NCBI GenBank assembly: GCA_963663965.2
Contig: CAXXFK010000014.1
Coordinates: forward strand, 1 to 48,124
Direction: 5' to 3'
DNA length: 48,124 bases
From: Sedimentisphaerales bacterium
Lineage (GTDB): Bacteria > Planctomycetota > Phycisphaerae > Sedimentisphaerales > SM23-30
Of this stretch, positions 8,436-19,048 are shown one piece after another. The number at the start of each line of letters is the position of its first letter. Within the stretch, counting starts at the first letter, position 1. The position numbers were made by a program, and so were the translations under genes. The notes beneath the pieces are model-generated. The model worked only from the letters and a program-made list of their open reading frames with translations, searched no databases and had not been told where the DNA came from.

Positions 8436-11267
8436 TTGCAGCAGGAGAATTCCAGTTTAAAATATATCCGTATTCACGGCGCCCGCGAACATAACCTTAA
8501 AGATATCGACGTGGCGATTCCCCGCGACCAGGTTGTAGTGGTTACCGGATTGAGCGGATCAGGCAAGAGTTCACTGGCCTTTGATACGATCTACGCGGAA
8601 GGCCAGCGGAAATACGTCGAATCGCTTTCGGCTTACGCCCGCCAGTTTCTCGACCAGATGCAAAAACCGGAAGTCGAAAGCATTGAAGGGCTGCCTCCCA
8701 CGATTGCCATCGAACAGCGCAGCGGCGGCCGCAATCCGCGTTCGACCGTCGCGACCACTACTGAAATTTACGATTATCTTCGCCTGCTCTTCGCCCGTAT
8801 CGGCCTGCCCCACTGTTGTCATTGCGGCAAAGAAATCCAGAGTCAGCATGCTGAGCAGATCGTGGATGCCCTTTTAAAAGAAGCCGGCAAACGGTTTCAG
8901 GTCTGCGCGCCGGTCATCCGCGGTCAGAAAGGGGAACATCAGGATGTATTGCGCCGCGTTCAGAGAGACGGTTTTGTCCGGGTGCGAATTGACGGGACCA
9001 TTTACGAACTCAAAGACGATGAACTGCCGGTTCTGGGAAAAAATAAAAAACACGATATCGAAGCGGTGATCGACCGGCTGGTTATTAAAGATGGAATTCG
9101 ATCCCGACTGGCGGATTCGATCGAATTGGCGCTGAAACTGGGTAATGGTCTGGTATTGATACTCAAACAGTCTCCCGATACCGCCAGAAATGACCATTGG
9201 GAGGAAGTGTTCTACAGCGAGAAATATGCCTGTCTGGACCATCCCGAAAGCGCCTTAACCGAGTTGTCACCCCGCTGCTTCAGCTTTAACAGCCCCTATG
9301 GCGCCTGCCCCGAATGCCACGGTCTGGGTACCATTCAGGAATTCGATGAAGAATTGATAGTGCCGGATGACACCCTGTCACTGGCGGATGGCGCAGTGGA
9401 TGCCTGGCGCTCCAGCGGTAAGCGAATGAACATTTATTATAACCGGCTGCTGCGCGATTTCTGCAAATACCACCGGATCAGCTATGATACTCCCTATTGC
9501 AACATCTCGGCATCGGTGCGAAATATGCTCATGCACGGCTGGGAAGATGACTACGGCTATTCCGCTTTCGAAGGCGTCATCCCCAATCTGACCCGCCGTT
9601 ACCATAATACCGATAGCGAATACGTGAAAACCCGCCTGCACGGCTTTATGTCCGAACAGCCCTGTCAAGTTTGTCACGGAGCCCGCTTACGGCCCGAATC
9701 CCTGGCGGTTACGGTTCAAGGCCTTAATATTCACCAGGTAACCACCCTGACTATTGAAGCGGCGCGTCAATTTTTCGAAGAGATGACCTTCAGTCCGGAA
9801 CATGAAATCATTGCCCGGCCGATCCTCAAAGAATTACGCAGCCGGCTGGAGTTTATGACCAACGTCGGCCTCAGCTACCTGACACTCAACCGGATGAGCG
9901 GCACCCTTTCCGGCGGCGAAGCCCAGCGGATTCGGCTGGCCACCCAGGTGGGCTCGGCGCTGGTCGGCGTCTGCTATGTCCTCGACGAACCCTCCATTGG
10001 CCTGCACCAGCGCGATAATCAGAAACTGATTGCCACCATGCGCAAGCTCTGCGAAACGGGAAATACCGTACTGGTGGTCGAACACGATGAAGATACCATG
10101 ATGGCCGCAGATCATATCATTGACGTAGGCCCGGGCGCCGGACGCTATGGCGGCGAAATCGTCGCCCAGGGCAAAGTGAAAGATATCATCGCGGAACCAA
10201 GATCCATCACCGGCAAATTCCTTTCCGGCGAGCGAAAAATCGAACTGCCGGAAAAACGCCGGAAGGCCAACCTCAAACTGGGCCTGACCATCAAAAAAGC
10301 GTCACATAATAATCTGAAAGATGTTGATGTCATCTTTCCGCTGAATACGTTCACCTGTGTCACCGGCGTCAGCGGTTCCGGTAAAAGTTCACTGGTTCGC
10401 CAGACCCTCCTGCCGGCCCTGCAGCGCAAACTCGGCGGCAGCAAAGACAAACCCGGGGCTCACAAAAGCGTGGTCGGCATCAACCGGATCGATAAAGTCA
10501 TCGAAATCGACCAAAGCCCCATTGGCCGCACGCCCCGCAGTAATCCGGCCACCTATACCGGGGTTTTCGACCTGATCCGCGCCCACTTCGCCAAGACCCG
10601 CGACGCCCGCATCCGCGGCTATACCCCCGGACGGTTCAGCTTTAATGTCAAGGGCGGCCGTTGTGAAGCCTGTCAGGGCCAGGGCACCAAGCGGATTGAA
10701 ATGCATTTTCTGCCGGATGTCTATGTCGAATGCGAAGTTTGTGGTGGAACACGTTATAATAAGGAAACCCTCGAAATCCGTTACCGGGGTATGAATATCG
10801 CCGACGTTTTAAACATGTCGGTTCAGGACGCGCTCAGTTTCTTCGATAACTATCCCAAGATCAAACAGATGCTTAAGACCCTTTACGAAGTAGGATTGGG
10901 TTATATCCACCTGGGGCAGGCCTCCACCACTCTTTCCGGCGGTGAAGCCCAGCGCGTCAAACTGGCCAGTGAACTGGGCCGCAATACCATCGGCCATACC
11001 CTTTATATTCTGGACGAACCCACCACCGGCTTGCACCTGGCCGATATCCAGCATCTGCTCAATGTCTTGAATCGACTGGTTGACAAAGGCAATACGGTTA
11101 TCGTGATCGAACACAACCTCGACGTCATTAAAATCGCCGACCATATTATCGATCTGGGGCCTGAAGGCGGTGAACACGGCGGCGAGATCATCGCTGCCGG
11201 CACCCCCGAAGAAGTCGCCCAAATCGAACTAAGCTACACTGGCCAGTATTTGCGCTATAAGCTTTAA
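8436..11267 (+). CDS. uvrA: Excinuclease ABC subunit UvrA
   Basis: Contains GAREHNLK, two Walker A motifs ([18 protein letters not shown]), two LSGGEAQR signatures and zinc fingers. The likely start is TTG 8436, after GGAGA. Confidence 0.98.
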   Translation: MQQENSSLKYIRIHGAREHNLKDIDVAIPRDQVVVVTGLSGSGKSSLAFDTIYAEGQRKYVESLSAYARQFLDQMQKPEVESIEGLPPTIAIEQRSGGRNPRSTVATTTEIYDYLRLLFARIGLPHCCHCGKEIQSQHAEQIVDALLKEAGKRFQVCAPVIRGQKGEHQDVLRRVQRDGFVRVRIDGTIYELKDDELPVLGKNKKHDIEAVIDRLVIKDGIRSRLADSIELALKLGNGLVLILKQSPDTARNDHWEEVFYSEKYACLDHPESALTELSPRCFSFNSPYGACPECHGLGTIQEFDEELIVPDDTLSLADGAVDAWRSSGKRMNIYYNRLLRDFCKYHRISYDTPYCNISASVRNMLMHGWEDDYGYSAFEGVIPNLTRRYHNTDSEYVKTRLHGFMSEQPCQVCHGARLRPESLAVTVQGLNIHQVTTLTIEAARQFFEEMTFSPEHEIIARPILKELRSRLEFMTNVGLSYLTLNRMSGTLSGGEAQRIRLATQVGSALVGVCYVLDEPSIGLHQRDNQKLIATMRKLCETGNTVLVVEHDEDTMMAADHIIDVGPGAGRYGGEIVAQGKVKDIIAEPRSITGKFLSGERKIELPEKRRKANLKLGLTIKKASHNNLKDVDVIFPLNTFTCVTGVSGSGKSSLVRQTLLPALQRKLGGSKDKPGAHKSVVGINRIDKVIEIDQSPIGRTPRSNPATYTGVFDLIRAHFAKTRDARIRGYTPGRFSFNVKGGRCEACQGQGTKRIEMHFLPDVYVECEVCGGTRYNKETLEIRYRGMNIADVLNMSVQDALSFFDNYPKIKQMLKTLYEVGLGYIHLGQASTTLSGGEAQRVKLASELGRNTIGHTLYILDEPTTGLHLADIQHLLNVLNRLVDKGNTVIVIEHNLDVIKIADHIIDLGPEGGEHGGEIIAAGTPEEVAQIELSYTGQYLRYKL

Positions 11268-11294
11268 ACTATCTGTCCATAAACGCCAGCGCGT

Positions 11295-11324
11295 AAAAAA
11301 ACCGCCGAATGCAGTATCCGGCGG
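11295..11324 (-). terminator. Terminator between the convergent uvrA and oxidoreductase genes
   Basis: Minus strand reads CCGCCGGATAC-TGCATTCGGCGG followed by T7. Confidence 0.65.
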
Positions 11325-11363
11325 ATCGATTGCTCAGAATATTAAAGGATCGGTTATCCGCGC

Positions 11364-12719
11364 TTAACCCCGGGTTGGATCAAGCGGCCAGCCGTCACGG
11401 TAGATCTTACTCAAATATTTATTGGCATCGGGGAAATTAGTAAACTCCCGTTTCTCGGCATCCCAGAGTAATTTGCGCCGGTCGAGTTGTTCACGAAACT
11501 CGCGCCGCAAGGCAATATTGCCCATCACCACCACTTGCGTCAGCAACGAGGCAAACTGGAAATTAGATCCGGCCGCCGGCCCGCCGCGACAGGCTGCCGC
11601 CCATTCCTTGTAATGCCCGATCGAAAGCGGCAGAGTGGCAGGCGGCAACTTGATCGATTTGCGTTTTTCTTCGGGTATAATAACGCCATTTAATATCTCG
11701 CCGTCATCTCCCACATACAAGGTGCCATTGGTGCCCAGTTGGCGCCCTTCTTCCAGCAGATCCGGCCGTGGTGGACGCAAGCCGCCATCATACCAGGTCA
11801 GCGCCACTTCCGGCATATCGCCCCGGGCCGGGAATTCATATCGAACGATCGACGCGACCGGATAGGTCTCGTCGTTCACGGTTGACGACACTGCCGAAAC
11901 ACTGGTTGGATGCCCCAATTTTAGCGCTCGGAAAATTGAATCCATGGAATGACACCCGATATCGCCCAGCGCCCCGGTACCAAAATCCCACCAGCCACGC
12001 CAGACAAACGGATGATAAGCCGGGTGATAAGGCCGGTAGGGCGCGCCCCCGATAAAGCCATCCCAGAACAAACCTTCCGGAACCGCCGGGGTGTCACCGG
12101 GCCGGGCCACGCCCTGGGGCCAGTAGATCTCGTTATAACCGCGGGCCGGACGGTCGGTCCAGACATGAACTTCACGCACCGGTCCAATCACTTGGGCTGC
12201 CATCATTTCCTGAATACGACGGGTCTCTTCCGACGCCTGGCCCTGATTCCCCATCTGGGTGGCCACACCCTTCTCCGCCGCGATCTTCCCAACCTGCCAG
12301 GCTTCATTCACACTGTGAGTCAATGGCTTTTCACAATAAACATTCAAATTCTTGCGCATCGCGGCGATCGACACCGTCGCGTGCATGTGGTCTGGCGTCG
12401 CGATAATCACCCCGTCCAGATCAGTTTCTTTTTCCAGCATCTCCCGGTAATCTTTATAGCGGCGGGCCTGGGGATACAGTTCAAAAGCCCGCCTGGCTTT
12501 GTTCCAGTCAATATCGCAAAGCGCGGCAAAATGCTCATCCTGATACTGGCTGATGTCATGATAACCCTGGCCGCCAATGCCAACCCCGGCCAGATTCAGT
12601 TTTTCACTGGGTGGGGTCTGGCCCTGTCCCAGAACATGGCGAGGTACGATTGATACGGTCGCAGCCGCCAGCGCGGCCTGTCCAATGAATTCCCGTCTGG
12701 TTAATTTTGTCTGTTTCAT
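11364..12719 (-). CDS. Tat-exported Gfo/Idh/MocA family oxidoreductase
   Basis: Twin-arginine signal TRREFI, GVGIGGQG, ATPDHMH, YCEKPL, and WRGWWDFGTGALGDIGCH. Confidence 0.92.
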   Translation of the reverse strand: MKQTKLTRREFIGQAALAAATVSIVPRHVLGQGQTPPSEKLNLAGVGIGGQGYHDISQYQDEHFAALCDIDWNKARRAFELYPQARRYKDYREMLEKETDLDGVIIATPDHMHATVSIAAMRKNLNVYCEKPLTHSVNEAWQVGKIAAEKGVATQMGNQGQASEETRRIQEMMAAQVIGPVREVHVWTDRPARGYNEIYWPQGVARPGDTPAVPEGLFWDGFIGGAPYRPYHPAYHPFVWRGWWDFGTGALGDIGCHSMDSIFRALKLGHPTSVSAVSSTVNDETYPVASIVRYEFPARGDMPEVALTWYDGGLRPPRPDLLEEGRQLGTNGTLYVGDDGEILNGVIIPEEKRKSIKLPPATLPLSIGHYKEWAAACRGGPAAGSNFQFASLLTQVVVMGNIALRREFREQLDRRKLLWDAEKREFTNFPDANKYLSKIYRDGWPLDPTRG

Positions 12720-12730
12720 AATGCCCCCTG

Positions 12731-14041
12731 TTAAGACGCGATTGGATTAGGATGGTCTAAAATTTCATAAGAGATCGGTCGCAGATGCTCCAGACCCGGC
12801 AGTTGACGCCGCCCCAGGATAGCCTCGTATTCGGCGTGACTTTCCAGGTAATTCTGTTGGAGGATCTGGCCGTGAGCACGCAGATAACTGGGTGTTCGCC
12901 CATCGTTATGGGCACACTTGACTCGCAGACAGATTTTGTCCCCGGTCACCCTTTCGATCACTTTTTCCACCAGGTTTTCAAAGCCGTTGCCGGAATGGGC
13001 TGAAATGCCGACCGTTTCGGGATAAATGGTCCGGAACGACTCAAACTGAGACACCGCTCCCGGCATATCTATTTTGTTCGCCACCAGAATGATGTCTTTA
13101 TGATGACAACCCAGTTCATCCAGGACCTGGTTGACCGCTTCAACCTGGCGATAGGCCAGTGGATGAGAAATATCCACCACATGCAGGAGCAGATCGGCAT
13201 GAATCGCTTCTTCCAGGGTCGCCCGGAATGATGCGATCAAATGATGCGGCAAATCCCGAACAAATCCAACCGTATCGCTCAGCAGCACATACAGATCTTT
13301 ATCCAGATTCCAGCGTGCCGTCTTGGTATCCAGTGTCGCAAACAATTGATCCGCAGCATAAGCGCTAGAACCGGTCGCGGTATTTAATAACGTGCTTTTG
13401 CCGGCATTGGTATATCCAACCAGAGACACGGTGTAATGTTGATGGCGAGATCGAACCTGACGTGTCTTGCGCGTATCGATATCCCGGATCAATCGGGTCA
13501 ATGCCGCGATCCGCTTGTTCACCAGCCGCCGGTCGATTTCCAGCTGACTTTCGCCGGTGCCGCGCGTGCCCACCCCTCCGGTCGCGGCGCCGGCAGTAAC
13601 GGTATCCAGGTGACCCCACATGCGGGTCAGACGTGGATAGGTATATTCCAGCTGCGCCAGTTCGACCTGCATGCGGGCCTCTGCCGAACTGGCCCGGGTC
13701 GCGAAAATATCAAGAATCAATTCGCTTCGGTCGATCACTTTGACTTTGACAATTTCTTCCAGTTCGCGGATCTGAGCCGGACTCAAGTCGTTATCGAAAA
13801 TAACAACATTCACTCCCAACCGTTCAACCACTTCGGCAATTTCCTGAGCTTTACCCTTGCCAACATATAACGGCGGATGAATTTTATGACGCTTCTGTTT
13901 GACATAACCGACAGGGGTAACCTGAGCCGCTTCGATCAACGAGGACAACTCGTTCAAAGACTCATCCGGACTGACCTCGTTGCCGGGCAGTTCGACATGG
14001 ACCATTAAGGCCTTTTCATATGGTGCGTCTTGCTTAACCAA
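12731..14041 (-). CDS. hflX: Ribosome-splitting GTPase HflX
   Basis: Contains LILDIFATRA, QVELAQLEY..PRL, GYTNAGKST, LFATLD, DTVGFV and NKID. Confidence 0.97.
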   Translation of the reverse strand: MVKQDAPYEKALMVHVELPGNEVSPDESLNELSSLIEAAQVTPVGYVKQKRHKIHPPLYVGKGKAQEIAEVVERLGVNVVIFDNDLSPAQIRELEEIVKVKVIDRSELILDIFATRASSAEARMQVELAQLEYTYPRLTRMWGHLDTVTAGAATGGVGTRGTGESQLEIDRRLVNKRIAALTRLIRDIDTRKTRQVRSRHQHYTVSLVGYTNAGKSTLLNTATGSSAYAADQLFATLDTKTARWNLDKDLYVLLSDTVGFVRDLPHHLIASFRATLEEAIHADLLLHVVDISHPLAYRQVEAVNQVLDELGCHHKDIILVANKIDMPGAVSQFESFRTIYPETVGISAHSGNGFENLVEKVIERVTGDKICLRVKCAHNDGRTPSYLRAHGQILQQNYLESHAEYEAILGRRQLPGLEHLRPISYEILDHPNPIAS

Positions 14042-14191
14042 GGTTTTGCGGGCTATTATCCTCTTTTCGCTCTGCTGGATATTCTACATTGTTAACAAAC
14101 AATGGTTTACGCTTGTTTTGATTAATGGCTTTCTATCGAAATTATAATCAGTTTTCTCAATATGTCAAATCGGATAAATCCTGATGGCGCT

Positions 14192-14575
14192 TTACTTGCT
14201 GAGCAGTTCGCGCGCGGCGTTGGTGAGTTTTTCCATACGAAACGGTTTGTTCAGATAGCAATCAACGCCTAATGTCTCAGCATAAGCCTTATGCCGGGTA
14301 CCGGGATTCGCCGTTATCATTATAACCGGTGGCTTGCCTTCTTCCTTGCGGATCGAACGGATTTTTTCGAGTACCAGAAAGCCACTGCGGCCTGGCAACA
14401 TCTGATCAAGAATCAATAGATCGGGGGTTTCTTCCTGAATCGCATCGACAGCATCATTGCCATTCCCTACCTTGATGACTCGCGCGCCCAGATCGGATAA
14501 TGCCGCCTCAATGGCCACTTGGATATCCTTGTCATCATCAACTATCAAAATTAATTTGTCTTCAAAATCGCCCAT
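14192..14575 (-). CDS. Single-domain response regulator (receiver)
   Basis: Contains LIVDDD, LLILDQMLP (phospho-acceptor Asp), MITA and KPF. Confidence 0.92.
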   Translation of the reverse strand: MGDFEDKLILIVDDDKDIQVAIEAALSDLGARVIKVGNGNDAVDAIQEETPDLLILDQMLPGRSGFLVLEKIRSIRKEEGKPPVIMITANPGTRHKAYAETLGVDCYLNKPFRMEKLTNAARELLSK

Positions 14576-14734
14576 ATTAACTTTACCTTTCTTGCGGAGT
14601 GATCTTGCTCTCTATCACCAGGCTGGCCGTCTGGGCACGCCTGTAACAGGCAGTTTAACCGGTAACAAAAGTTTTGTCAAGATGTTATGATTCACCTCTC
14701 CCGGTATTCCTCACACAGCAATCGTTATAATTAA

Positions 14735-14762
14735 TACAGATAGTCGTTGAAAGTACCGATAA
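14735..14762 (+). promoter_or_regulatory. Candidate sigma28 (FliA) promoter upstream of the fliN-like gene
   Basis: TACAG-15 bp-ACCGATAA, resembling the FliA -35 (TAAAG) and -10 (GCCGATAA) boxes. Confidence 0.5.
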
Positions 14763-14837
14763 TATAAGTTATAAACGATCCATAAGCTAATTTAATCTTT
14801 ATATTATCCTAATTGTTTTAATCGCATTAAGTTAAAT

Positions 14838-15239
14838 ATGCCAGAATCCGATCAGGTACAATCAGACAATCCCGGCTTATCCGCCAATTCAGCAGACAAT
14901 AACCTGGAAACCGCTTTGGAAGACGATCAGGAAATCCGGGAATCTGCTGATTCCATCGACCATGTTCCAGATGACCAGGAACGATTGGATCGGATATTGA
15001 AAATCAGGATGCCGGTGATTGTCCGAATTGCCGAGCGCAGGATGACGATTGAGAACATTCTCAAACTTTCCATTGGCAGTATCATTCAGTTCGATAAAGA
15101 TGCCTATCAGATGATCGACCTGATGATTAATAACAGCGTGATCGGACTGGGCCAGCCAGTAAAAATTGGCGAGAACTTCGGTATCAAAATAATCCAGATC
15201 GGCGATATTACCAATACGATCAAGAGCCTTGGAAAATAA
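14838..15239 (+). CDS. fliN: FliM/FliN C-terminal (SPOA) domain flagellar switch protein
   Basis: ILKIRMPVIVRIA..ILKLSIGSIIQFDK..IDLMINNSVIGLGQPVKIGENFGIKI. Confidence 0.8.
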   Translation: MPESDQVQSDNPGLSANSADNNLETALEDDQEIRESADSIDHVPDDQERLDRILKIRMPVIVRIAERRMTIENILKLSIGSIIQFDKDAYQMIDLMINNSVIGLGQPVKIGENFGIKIIQIGDITNTIKSLGK

Positions 15240-15402
15240 TCCTCTTCAAACCCAGATCACTTCCTGCGCTATTTTTATTTAACTATTTAACATTAAACAT
15301 CTTATAACATTTCTCCTTATTGCACTCTCTAACTATCTTTATAACAAACCCATCCGCTCGAGATGTCTAATTCGCTTGATCCATGGATATTATTTTATTG
15401 AG

Positions 15403-15421
15403 ATCTGGTATCATGCCAGAT
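15403..15421. promoter_or_regulatory. Candidate operator, copy 2 (near-perfect 19-bp palindrome)
   Basis: ATCTGGTAT-C-ATGCCAGAT has one mismatch between arms and matches 6839-6856. Confidence 0.55.
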
Positions 15422-15467
15422 ATTCGATAAATTTCATACGATTACCCATACCTGTCACGGAATTTGG

Positions 15468-15496
15468 TTGACGCCATACAGAATTTTTGCGATACT
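15468..15496 (+). promoter_or_regulatory. Sigma70-type promoter
   Basis: TTGACG-17 bp-GATACT upstream of the 15611 gene. Confidence 0.55.
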
Positions 15497-15610
15497 CTCT
15501 ATTCTGACGATAGCCTGCCAATTTGCTCAGTATGGCCCCCTCCCGGCTTGCTGCCGATCCGATTCCTCTGAGCCCTATTATTGACATACCCTATATATAG
15601 GAGATAACAA

Positions 15611-17080
15611 ATGGCTGCTCCGAGAGCCTCTGCTGAATCCGGTAACGCAACATTATACGTTATGATCGTTTTTATTGTCCTATTCCTGGTTGCGGCGGTT
15701 TTTGCCGTCATGATGTACATGGACAACGAAAAGTACCTGAAAGATGCCCAGCAGGCCCAGGAACGGCTGCGCTTGATAGGTAACGATCAGGAAATTAACG
15801 CTTTACAATCGCTGGCCGATTCTCAACGTTCCGTCTTGCGTCGCCTGGATGCGGATATCAAAACCGTTGCGACCCTTGTGGGAGGCCCTGAAATGGAATC
15901 GGTGGCTCTGGGGAACGCTTCCCGAATGATTGGCGATATGCAGGCGGCCGCATTTAACAAAGCTCAATCGATTCAGCAGATGAACGATCAGGATCTCAAT
16001 ACTGCCGCCATCTTTACGGACGCTACGCCGGAAAATGGCCTGATTAATCTGATTGACGCGCTGATCACCCAGGTGCAAACCGCCAAAACCGTCAAGGATC
16101 AGATCAAAACCCAGCTCACTCAGGAAATCGATCGACAGAAACAGCAGATAGACGGGCTCAACGCCAAAGTCGCGGAATTAAACCAGAATATCAATAAACT
16201 GAGCCAGGCGGCATCAGATTATCGCAACGCCATGGAGACCGAAGTGGCCCGACTCAGCGGTGATTTTGCCACCCTCACTCAGCGTAAAGATGGCGAATAC
16301 CAAAATCTGGAAAAAGAAAACCAGACCCTCATGCAGGATTACAAGCGTCTGGAAGAAGCCTATAATGATTTTTCAACCCGTATGAAAGAGCTGGAAGAAG
16401 TCCTTGGCTCCCAGCGTCCCAGACCTGACATGGAAATGGAAGCGTTGCAGCCGGATGGCTTGATCGTTTCGGTGGTGCCGGAAGATGAACTGACTTATAT
16501 CAACCTCTCCCGCAACGATCGGATCTATCGCGGTCTGACCTTCAGTGTTTATGACAGTTTCCAGGAATTCCCACGCACCGGCAAGGGCAAGGGCATGATC
16601 GAAGTCATTGAAGTCATGGATACCATCTCAAAATGCCGGATTACCGAATATGATGCAACCAATCCAATCCTCAAGGGAGATATCATTGCCAATCTGTTCT
16701 GGGACAAAAACAAAGATTACAAATTCTGTGTGACGGGGGATTTTGATTTTAATCGTGACGGAACGATTGATGCTGATGGACGGGACCGGATCATTGCCCT
16801 GATCGCCGCCAATGAGGTGTGGAAAGGTAAAATCGTCAACGATGTCACCGTGGATACCGATTTCATGGTCATTGGTCTTGAACCGGCTGAACCGGCTGTT
16901 CCGGTCGCCAATGAGTTCGGTGAAGTTTCCGAAACCGCGCGCCAGGCGTACGAAAAAGCCCTGATGACGCGGGACAGGTACAATATCAACCTTCAGAATG
17001 CCAAAGCGCTTGGAGTACCCACTTTCAATACCGATCGATTCTATTATTTTATCGGGTATACTCCCGGGCAGGAACGTTGA
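15611..17080 (+). CDS. Membrane-anchored coiled-coil protein with an FlgT-C-like beta domain and a BRCT-like C-terminus
   Basis: AGGAGA RBS, TM helix at aa ~14-36, long coiled coil, DGLIVSV..TYINLSRNDRIYRGLTFSVYD..KGMIEV, then GKIVNDVTVDTDFMVIG..AKALGVP (BRCT-like). Confidence 0.85.
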   Translation: MAAPRASAESGNATLYVMIVFIVLFLVAAVFAVMMYMDNEKYLKDAQQAQERLRLIGNDQEINALQSLADSQRSVLRRLDADIKTVATLVGGPEMESVALGNASRMIGDMQAAAFNKAQSIQQMNDQDLNTAAIFTDATPENGLINLIDALITQVQTAKTVKDQIKTQLTQEIDRQKQQIDGLNAKVAELNQNINKLSQAASDYRNAMETEVARLSGDFATLTQRKDGEYQNLEKENQTLMQDYKRLEEAYNDFSTRMKELEEVLGSQRPRPDMEMEALQPDGLIVSVVPEDELTYINLSRNDRIYRGLTFSVYDSFQEFPRTGKGKGMIEVIEVMDTISKCRITEYDATNPILKGDIIANLFWDKNKDYKFCVTGDFDFNRDGTIDADGRDRIIALIAANEVWKGKIVNDVTVDTDFMVIGLEPAEPAVPVANEFGEVSETARQAYEKALMTRDRYNINLQNAKALGVPTFNTDRFYYFIGYTPGQER

Positions 17081-17107
17081 GTTCCAGCTTATACCAGTAA
17101 CGGACAC

Positions 17108-17142
17108 AACGCACCGGAACAATTGCCCGGTGCGTTTTTTTT
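17108..17142 (+). terminator. Rho-independent terminator between convergent genes
   Basis: AACGCACCGG-aacaattgc-CCGGTGCGTT followed by a T-run. Confidence 0.85.
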
Positions 17143-18913
17143 ATATCTGATAATCCACAATGTAGCGCTTCGATTGCAGCAGGTCATGCACCCGCCCAAG
17201 GCTCTCCAGATCCACATAATCAATCCGCAAATCGGGCTGCCGTTGCACATAGCGGCTCTCACCCACATGAATCACCAACAATTCATTGGGCTGGTTCAGC
17301 GTCTCAATCAATTCCAGTTCATAATCATCCAGATCCGTCACAGTGGTAATAAAGATCACTCCCGCGTCAGTAAACAGGTGCGCGATCTCTCCCAGCCGCC
17401 GCAGGAATTCATCACGCTGCAGGGTATCTTTCATATCCGAATCGATCCCGGCCAGGGTATTGGACATGCCCAGGTAATACACCACCCGGCCGCAATGAAA
17501 AAGATACTCTTCCAGCGCCTTGCCCAGTTGCTGTTTGCGCATTCCGGCCTCACCGGTGATCATGACCACCACCGAACGCTGATTATAACGATTGGCGCGC
17601 GTTGACGGAGTCAGGGCCGAACGGGTCCATGCTTGTTCACGCTTGTGTACATGGTCCTGCGCCAGTGAATTGCTGGTCGATGCCGCGGACAGTACCACCC
17701 CGCCACCGGCGATTTCATAGTTATCGATAATCACAAACCGGCCGGTCTGGGCAATAATGCTCGCTTCATCACAGGCGATCGGCCGCAACGACTCCAGTGT
17801 CACCTCGGCTACATCATGGCGCTCGATCTGGGTCCGGTTCTGACTGGTCTTCAACTCCGATGCGTCCAGCACATTGAAAATCTCCGTCAGCCACACCGAT
17901 ACGCTGGCATTCGCAATCTTCATCTTGTATTGTTTGTTCATGACCATCGGCTGCGAACTCAACCAGAACAGATTCGCTTTCAATTGTGTCGTAATGGTCG
18001 CCGGTTCCTGATCCACCTTGCACATAATCTCACCCGGCTTGATATAAATCTGGGTCTCCAACGTAATTCCGATGGACTGACCGGCATGGGCGCTTTGCGG
18101 CGGAGGCACATTGAATCCCTCGATTGAAGCAATTCTTGAACGTTTACGGGATGGCAAAAAGATAACTTCATCGCCAACGGCGACCGATCCGGTTTCAATG
18201 CGACCGGACACGATCCGCCGGTCATCGTTGTTCGCAGTAAACTTATAGATATCCTGCACGGGAAAACGCAAAGCCTTGTCAATGCGCATCGGTTCCTTTT
18301 CAAATCGATCCAGTATCTCCAGTACCGATGATCCGCCGTACCAGCCCATCCGCTCGGAAGGACCGGTTATTAAATCGCCCCCTCGCGCACTGATTGGAAT
18401 AAATGCTGCCGGCGCAATGTGAATCTGGCTCAAAAACTGGCCGTATTCGGTTTTGATCCGCTCATAAACCTCTTGATCGTAATCCACCAGGTCCATCTTG
18501 TTGATACACACCGCCAACTGCCGGATTCCCAGCATACTCACCATATAGCCATGCCGGCGTGAATTCTCCTGAATCCCCTCTTTGGCATCGATAATTAACA
18601 ATCCTGCCTCAGCCCGCGCCGCACCGGAAATCATATTCTTCAAAAACTCAATATGACCCGGTGCGTCGATAATAATGTATTCCCTTTTATTCGACCGAAA
18701 GAAACAGCGTGCCGAATCGATGGTAATACCCTGGGCCTGTTCATCTTTTAACGCGTCCAGCAGAAAGGCATACTCAAACGGCCTGGCATGCCGCACGCAT
18801 TGGGCCTTGACCGATTCCAGCTTGCCTTCGGGCAGTGAATGGGTATCCGCCAGTAACCGGCCAATCACCGTACTCTTGCCGTGATCGACATGGCCAATCA
18901 CCACAATATTCAT
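17141..18913 (-). CDS. cysN: Sulfate adenylyltransferase large subunit with a degenerate APS-kinase domain (CysNC-like)
   Basis: Contains [24 protein letters not shown] and NKMD. The C-terminal CysC-like domain has an altered P-loop (GEAGMRKQ). The true start may be upstream. Confidence 0.93.
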   Translation of the reverse strand: MNIVVIGHVDHGKSTVIGRLLADTHSLPEGKLESVKAQCVRHARPFEYAFLLDALKDEQAQGITIDSARCFFRSNKREYIIIDAPGHIEFLKNMISGAARAEAGLLIIDAKEGIQENSRRHGYMVSMLGIRQLAVCINKMDLVDYDQEVYERIKTEYGQFLSQIHIAPAAFIPISARGGDLITGPSERMGWYGGSSVLEILDRFEKEPMRIDKALRFPVQDIYKFTANNDDRRIVSGRIETGSVAVGDEVIFLPSRKRSRIASIEGFNVPPPQSAHAGQSIGITLETQIYIKPGEIMCKVDQEPATITTQLKANLFWLSSQPMVMNKQYKMKIANASVSVWLTEIFNVLDASELKTSQNRTQIERHDVAEVTLESLRPIACDEASIIAQTGRFVIIDNYEIAGGGVVLSAASTSNSLAQDHVHKREQAWTRSALTPSTRANRYNQRSVVVMITGEAGMRKQQLGKALEEYLFHCGRVVYYLGMSNTLAGIDSDMKDTLQRDEFLRRLGEIAHLFTDAGVIFITTVTDLDDYELELIETLNQPNELLVIHVGESRYVQRQPDLRIDYVDLESLGRVHDLLQSKRYIVDYQI

Positions 18914-19048
18914 CTGCTCACGTGTTTGCCCCGTTGTTGCTTTTTCCGTTGCTGAAGTTTTTATTGGATTCTCGAAAGCACTATCCTCATAAAAAAATAT
19001 GTTTCATACCGGTTATTATAACCGGCGCTTCCTGCCGGAAAACCAGTC

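Noticed and set aside
14632..14652. GGGCACGCCTGTAAC as a sigma54 promoter for the fliN-like gene
   Set aside because: The -12 TTGC element is missing; only a short GCCTGT/ACAGGC palindrome remains.
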